In this document: positions 60,168 to 64,000 of the stretch, piece by piece
Layout of the letters: each line of letters begins with the position of its first letter
How positions within the stretch are numbered: the first letter of the stretch is position 1
Origin: an uncultured Chloroflexia bacterium
GTDB lineage: Bacteria > Chloroflexota > Limnocylindria > Limnocylindrales > CSP1-4
Reading direction: 5' to 3'
Assembly: GCA_963712585.1 (NCBI GenBank)
Contig: CAVQIH010000016.1
Coordinates: 140,533-204,532 of the forward strand
Length of the DNA: 64,000 nucleotides
The notes under the pieces: generated by a model
The model's database searches: none
What the model saw: only the letters and a program-made list of their open reading frames with translations
What the model was told of the DNA's origin: nothing
Program-made: the position numbers and the translations under genes

Positions 60168-60854
60168 ATGGAGCAGGAGACCGCCAGGGTGGACGCTGAA
60201 GACCTTCGGCTCGCCGTCTACGGGGCGTTCGCCCGGAGCGGACAGGCCCCGAGGCCGAGCGATCTGGCGGCCGAGCTCGGCGTGCCGGAGGGGCAGGTCC
60301 GCGACGGACTCCGGGCGCTGCATGCGGCGCGGCACGTCGTGCTCGACGGTGAGGATCGCATCCTGATGGCCCACCCGTTTGCCGCCGTGCCGATGGGGTT
60401 CGCAGTGATGGGCGCCTCGACCCTCTGGTGGGGCGGCTGCGCCTGGGACGCGTTCGCCCTGCCGAATCTGCTGCCCGACGAGCCCGAGGTCCTGGTCTCG
60501 ACGCGCTGTCCGGGCTGCGGGGCGGCGCACGCCTGGGTCGCGGGCCGCGAGGCGCCACCGAGCGGGGACCAGGTTGCACACTTCCTGGTCCCGGTGCGGC
60601 GGATCTGGGACGACGTCGTCCACACCTGCCGGAACCAGCGCCTCTTCTGCGATCCCGACTGCGTCGAGCGCTGGCTCGCCGCCTCCGGCAACGAGCGCGG
60701 CTACGTCATGGACGTCCCGACGCTCTGGCGGCTGGCCCGCCACTGGTACGACGGCCGGCTCGACCGCGGCTACACCCGCCGCGACCCGGCCACCGCGGCC
60801 GCCTACTTCCGCGAGGTCGGCCTCCGCGGCGCGTTCTGGGGCCTGGAGGGGTAG
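60168..60854 (+). CDS. Alkylmercury-lyase (MerB)-family protein
   Basis: N-terminal wHTH-like region (LAAELGVPEGQVRDGLRALHAARHVVLD). Core HPFAAVPMGF...WWGGCAWDAFALP and C-terminal Cys-rich region (CPGCG ... HTCRNQRLFCDPDC). The family call is from memory. Confidence 0.6.
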   Translation: MEQETARVDAEDLRLAVYGAFARSGQAPRPSDLAAELGVPEGQVRDGLRALHAARHVVLDGEDRILMAHPFAAVPMGFAVMGASTLWWGGCAWDAFALPNLLPDEPEVLVSTRCPGCGAAHAWVAGREAPPSGDQVAHFLVPVRRIWDDVVHTCRNQRLFCDPDCVERWLAASGNERGYVMDVPTLWRLARHWYDGRLDRGYTRRDPATAAAYFREVGLRGAFWGLEG

Positions 60855-61027
60855 TCCCGGCCGAAATCGAGCCGGCTCGGGATCCGAAGGCGCGGGCCAA
60901 TCCACGGCCAACTGGTGTCCCGGTGCCCCCGGCGAATTCGACGGGCACCTTGATTCGAGGTCACGTCCGCGTAGACTCCCGCTATCTCGCGCGTGGCCCA
61001 TACGCGCGGCGACCAGGGAGGGAGACA

Positions 61028-61378
61028 ATGGACGCTCTGGTAGTGGCCCTCGCCCCGGCCCTCGCCCTCGGGTTCGCGGTTCAGCGCCTTGGCGACATCC
61101 TCGATCCGTTGCTGAGCCTGATCCCCGGGGGGACCGCCATGAAGAAGGCGGTGATCGCAGTCGCGGCGTTCGCCCTGGCGGCGGCCTCGGCGAGCACGCT
61201 CGACATCCGGGTGCTCAGGGCGCTCGGGGCATCCGGAAACGACACGGTGGATCTCTTCCTGACCGCCCTCATCGCGAGCGCGGGAACCGAGGGCATCAAC
61301 TCGATCCTGAAGTGGATGAGCTACAAGAAGGAAGAGCAGAAGATGGCGGCGGCCGCCAGGGCGGCAGCCGTTCCGTAG
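61028..61378 (+). CDS. Small hypothetical membrane protein
   Basis: ATG is preceded by GGGAGGGAG. 116 aa with 3 hydrophobic segments and a basic Lys/Glu C-terminus (KWMSYKKEEQKMAAAARAAAVP). Confidence 0.5.
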   Translation: MDALVVALAPALALGFAVQRLGDILDPLLSLIPGGTAMKKAVIAVAAFALAAASASTLDIRVLRALGASGNDTVDLFLTALIASAGTEGINSILKWMSYKKEEQKMAAAARAAAVP

Positions 61379-61410
61379 TCGCCAGCGGGTCGCCGCGACC
61401 AGACACCTCA

Positions 61411-61442
61411 CGCAGAGCCGGGCAGTTCAGCCCGGCTCTGCG
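61411..61442. terminator. Perfect 13-bp-stem hairpin between convergent genes, followed by a second CCGGCCGG palindromic hairpin (61449-61467)
   Basis: CGCAGAGCCGGGC-AGTTCA-GCCCGGCTCTGCG. It lies between the stop of the small membrane gene (61378) and the stop of nrdJ (61520). No clear U tract on either strand. Confidence 0.45.
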
Positions 61443-61519
61443 CACGTTCCGGCCGGACTCCGGCCGGCTTCAGGCAGGTGAGCCGAGGCGTGTCTCGGGA
61501 GGGGTGATCCGGCCGTGGC

Positions 61520-64000
61520 TCAGCTGCACCCGCTCGTGGAGCCGCAGTTGAGGCACTTGTAGCAGCTGCCGTTGCGGACCATGATCGAGCCGCAGTCGGC
61601 GCAGGACGGGGCGTCGGCCTGGATCTTGAAGGCGACCGAGGTCGCGCCGAGGGAGGCCGCGATCGCGCTGGCGGCGCGGGCCGTCTTGCCGTTGGCGTGG
61701 CCGTTCCGTTGCCGTGCCCGTCCGAGAGCGCCTGGACGACGGGCAGGGCGGGCTCTCCGTCGGAGGAGTCGGGGCCGGCTCGGCCGCCACCGCCGTCGCC
61801 CGAGGGGCGTCCTCGTCCGTCCGCTTCGGCTCGACCGTCCGGGTCTCGCCTGCCGCGGGCGAATCGATGCCATCGCCGAAGTCGCCTTCCTCGTGCGCCG
61901 ACGAGGCCCGGCGGTCGCCGTAGCCGGGCGCCTCGGAGACGACGGCACGCGCCGATGATGCCCGAGGGCTGCCTTGTCGTCCGCGGTCAGGAACCGCGAG
62001 CCGAGCCAGCGGAAGATGTAGTCCACGATCGACTTGGCGATCGGGATCTCGCTGTTGCCGGTGAAGCCGGACGGCTCGAACCGGACGTGGGCGAACTTGT
62101 TGACGAGGTCGCGCAGCGGCACGCCGTACTGGAGGGCGAGCGAGATCGCGGTCGCGAACGAGTCCATCAGGCCCGCTGACGGTCGAGCCCTCCTTGGCCA
62201 TCTTGAGGAAGATCTCGCCGGGCTGGCCGTCCGGGTAGAGGCCCGACGGTGATGTAGCCCTCGTGGCCGGCGATGTCGAACTTGTGGGTGACCGCGGCGC
62301 CGCTCGGCCGGCAGCCGGCGGCGGTGCGGCTTGACGGCCTCCGCCTGGGCGGCCGCCAGGGCTGCCCGGAGCTCGGCGACGGCCTCGGCGTCGTCGGCGG
62401 CGGCGTCCGACGTCCTTCTTCTTGCCGGTGCTGAGCGGCTGGCGAGCGCTTGGAGTTGTCGCGGTAGATCGCGATCGCCTTGAGGCCGAGCTTCCAGCCC
62501 TCGAGGTAGACCTGCTCGATCTCCTCGGCGGTGGCCGCCTCCGGCATGTTGACGGTCTTGCTGATGGCGCCCGAGAGGAACGGCTGGACGGCGGCCATCA
62601 TCCGGACGTGGCCCATGTAGTGGATGGAGCGCTCGCCGTTGACCGGCTTGAAGGCGCAGTCGAAGACGGACAGGTGCTCGGGCTTGAGGCCGGGCGCGCC
62701 CTCGATCGTCTCGCGCTCGTTGACGTAGCGGACGATCTCCTCGACCTGCGTCGGGCGCTGTAGCCGAGCTTGCCGCAGGGCGGCCGGGACGGTCTGGTTG
62801 ACGATCTTGAGGAAGCCCTCGCCGACGAGCTTCTTGTACTTGATGAGGGCGATGTCCGGCTCGATGCCGGTGGTGTCGCAATCCATCATGAAGGCGATGG
62901 TGTTGTGGCTGACGAAGCCGTTCGCCACGTAGGTCACGTTGGCCGGGACGGAGATGTCGTAGGTCAGCTGCTCCTCGCCGAGCTTCGCGCTCGCGATCTC
63001 GTCGTAGAAGTAGCCGAGCGACTGCGCCAGCTCGGGGTCTGCCGTGCGCTCGAGGAGCGCGGTCGCCGAGCGCCGCGACACGAGGCCGGTCCGCGAGAGC
63101 GACAGGAGCATCGTCTTGCGGAGGTGGTCGTTCTCCGGCGCCAGGCGGTCGACGGTCTGCGCGGCTGACCGGGACGAGGTCGTAGCGGGCCGCCTGCGGG
63201 TGGTCGGCCGTCGCCAGGGCGGTCCGCTTGCGCTCGGAGATGAAGGAGATCTCGTCGAGGAATCGGCCGCCGGAGCTGGCGTTGAGCAGCCGGAGGACAT
63301 GGATCGGGTTGGCGCCGAACTTGCCCGCAGCCGGGCTGGTCGATCTTGCGAGTCGTCACGAAGCCGAGGGCGAGCAGCAGGGTCTGGACGTCGCGGCTGA
63401 ACCGCTCGGACACGGTCGACCAGGAGGCGTAGCCGTTGTTGACGTTGCCGTCGGCCTCGAAGAGGCCGCGGACGAAGGCGCGGTAGGTCGTCGGGATCGT
63501 TGCGTGTAGAGGATCGCGTCCGGGATGTGGGCCTCGTAGCCCTTGCCGCGATGGTCGCCGGTCGGCGCGTGCTTGGCGAAGCCGCAGGCCTCCCACCAGA
63601 GGGCGAGCCGGACCGAGTCGAACGCGGACCTCCGTGTAGCCGGCCCTCTGCGGTGACGGCGGCCTCGAGCCCGAACAGGCGGCGACCGAGGCGTGACGAG
63701 GCGCTCGACGACGTCCGTGTCCGACGGCCGTCGACGCAGAAGCGCAGGCCCCGGGCGTGGAGCGAGCCGTCGCCCATGAAGTAGCCGACGAGCTCGGCGA
63801 GGTCCGCGGTGACGTGGCGCGGCACGAAGGTCCGGTGGTCCGACGTCCAGTACGCCTCCGGCAGTGGCGGGAGGGGCACCTCACGGGGCTCGCCGATCAT
63901 GCCGCCGAGCGTCAGCGGGACGCGGTCGCCGGCCCGAAGATCGGCGAAGCGCCGCCACTGCCAGTCGCCGTTGGCGTCGACGACCCTGATCCGGTGGGTG
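61520..64000 (-). pseudogene. nrdJ: Class II (adenosylcobalamin-dependent) ribonucleotide reductase NrdJ, 3' portion, interrupted by an intein and by many frameshifts; 5' end beyond the window
   Basis: C-extein pieces: TIAFMMDCDTTGIEPDIALIKYKKLVGEG, SIHYMGHVRMMAAVQPFLSGAISKTVNMPEAATAEEIEQVYLEGWKLGLKAIAIYRDNSK, KFDIAGHEGYITVG | LYPDGQPGEIFLKMAKEGSTVSG | LMDSFATAISLALQYGVPLRDLVNKFAHVRFEPSGFTGNSEIPIAKSIVDYIFRWLG. C-terminal Zn-ribbon CADCGSIMVRNGSCYKCLNCG. Bars mark +1 events at the CCC runs 62242-62244 and 62172-62174. Confidence 0.85.
62902..64000 (-). mobile_element. Intein with LAGLIDADG homing-endonuclease domain inserted in nrdJ (N-terminal splice junction lies beyond 64000); endonuclease region frameshifted
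   Basis: C-terminal splice junction ...VTYVANGFVSHN|TIAFMM, with Asn codon at 62902-62904 and +1 Thr at 62899-62901. LAGLIDADG motifs LVGYFMGDGSLH and YRAFVRGLFEADGNVNNG lie in different frames. Hint-domain strands THRIRVVDANGDWQWRRFADLRAGDRV are at the window edge. Confidence 0.8.

Overview
This is a high-GC (about 70%) bacterial chromosomal segment. The gene content (F420-type LLM oxidoreductase, Eis-like GNAT, WYL/MarR/IclR regulators, ThyX, class II RNR) and strong GGAGG-type ribosome-binding sites suggest an Actinomycetota- or Chloroflexota-like organism. About 60 genes are recognisable, mostly housekeeping or accessory metabolism and transport: acs, moaA, punA, thyX, ppk2, a DEAD-box helicase, a P-type ATPase, a K+ channel, MFS/LysE/ABC transporters and many regulators. 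I saw no rRNA, tRNA, CRISPR array, transposase or integrase.

The most unusual property is a mosaic of reading-frame quality. Long frame-clean stretches (1-14.7 kb, 28.9-48.6 kb, 49.7-53.4 kb, 57.3-61.4 kb) alternate with blocks at 14.8-28.9 kb, 48.6-49.5 kb, 53.4-57.2 kb and 61.5-64.0 kb, plus one site in thyX. In those blocks essentially every gene is interrupted by many +/-1 indels, and every event I could reconstruct sits in a short G/C run. The conserved motifs I checked stay intact. This is either block-wise consensus or polishing error, or very recent gene decay. It affects normally essential genes (nrdJ, thyX).

Other items worth a second look:
- A LAGLIDADG-containing intein in nrdJ.
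- A cluster of four DnaA-box-like sites and a structured leader in the 415-bp spacer upstream of punA.
- A single ORF joining a GIY-YIG-like domain to GreA.
- An orphan ParA/MinD-like ATPase with a coiled-coil partner.
- A seven-unit tandem repeat abutting a probably leaderless marR promoter.

I did not find a convincing novel defence or mobile system. All functional calls rest on motif and family recognition from the translated ORFs. No database search or folding computation was possible.
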